A stretch of 64,000 nt of DNA, taken from the NCBI GenBank assembly GCA_951406725.2, contig OX597823.1, positions 31,930,001 to 31,994,000 of the forward strand. The letters run 5' to 3'. Origin of the DNA: Octopus vulgaris (Eukaryota). The notes under the pieces were generated by a model, which saw only the letters and a program-made list of their open reading frames with translations, made no database searches and was not told the DNA's origin. Positions 63,184 through 64,000 of the stretch are shown here, in pieces. The position numbers and the translations under genes were made by a program. The stretch's first letter is position 1, and each line of letters starts with the position of its first letter.

Positions 63184-64000
63184 GTCTTAACTGGTATGTC
63201 ACACGTATTGAGAAGAGTATTGTTGTTGTGAAATTTCTTCCCCCTGCCCTTATTTTCTTAGTTTACTTCATTATTTTTTTATTTTCTCTCTGTCTTTCTT
63301 CCCCTTTTTCTCTATCACATGACTTTGTAAAAGGACAATCTGGTGTGTTTATTTCAATGGCCTGCCTATGTATACAAAGCGTTTCTCTGCTCTATGTGTC
63401 AGGAAGACACTCAGCAAGAGATGGAAACAGAATTGAAAGATGATGATGATGATAATTATAATAATAATGATAATGATGATGATAATGATGAAATTATAAC
63501 AATTCTTAACATTGATACCCTGTCAAAAATGTAAGGGAAGAGTTTTTAATTAATACCAGTAATTGATTTCATTTTAATTTGATTGACCTTTGCAAAGATG
63601 TGAAGGAAAAGTTGATCTTCATAGGATTTGAACTTAAAATGAAAGGAATCTAATTGAAGAGTCCCAACCACCACCACCAGCACCAAGGTATTTTGTCTGC
63701 TGCTCTACCGATTTTTCCACTCAAGATAGCCACAGTACTTATAGTAATACCTTCTTACATCAGCACATGGTCCTAAATTTAGAGAAAGGAAGCATTCGAT
63801 TAAACAGCCCCTAGTAGTTGAGTGTGGCTTTCTTCTTTGGCCCTAGAATGACAAAATGTGAAGCAGATTTTGGCACAATTTGAACTCAGGGCACAAAGAC
63901 AGTTCACAAGGTACCATATTTGATGGCATATAAAATGCAAAATTTTTCCCAAAAAATATCTAAAAAAAAAAAATCACCTGGGTACCATATCTAAAGTTGG

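Noticed and set aside
61700-63300. Similar peptides (ITRIEKSI / VTRIEKSI) on opposite strands as duplicated exons
   Set aside because: Inverted copies of a (TAA)n-adjacent repeat, without splice signals

Overview
AT-rich, microsatellite- and SINE-dense animal genomic DNA. The repeat families and intron architecture look like Octopus (inference). Two convergent protein-coding genes are present. (1) A complete + strand TTC26/IFT56 (DYF-13) gene of 17 coding exons at 3424-38692. All GT-AG junctions are phase-consistent, summing to 1665 nt (554 aa + stop). Its promoter carries RFX X-box-like elements and an ETS-CRE composite. (2) The 3' part of an unidentified - strand gene: 7 phase-consistent exons, 61251->42129, encoding a Ser/Lys-rich tail with an SV40-like NLS, plus a candidate alternative exon at 53187. 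The introns hold remnants of RTE, R4/Dong-like, Tx1/L1, Penelope-like, mariner, Tc1/IS630-like and piggyBac-like elements. The most interesting signal is a family of small foldback elements (4 two-armed copies plus 1 single arm). They combine a tRNA-like gene with a minimal hammerhead-ribozyme motif and show Penelope-type inverted arms, a ~33-nt one-sided tail and target-site duplications (TSDs) of about 11-13 bp. In all four copies the ribozyme core is broken on the host gene's sense strand and retained on the antisense strand. A separate canonical-looking hammerhead lies at about 60046-60144.
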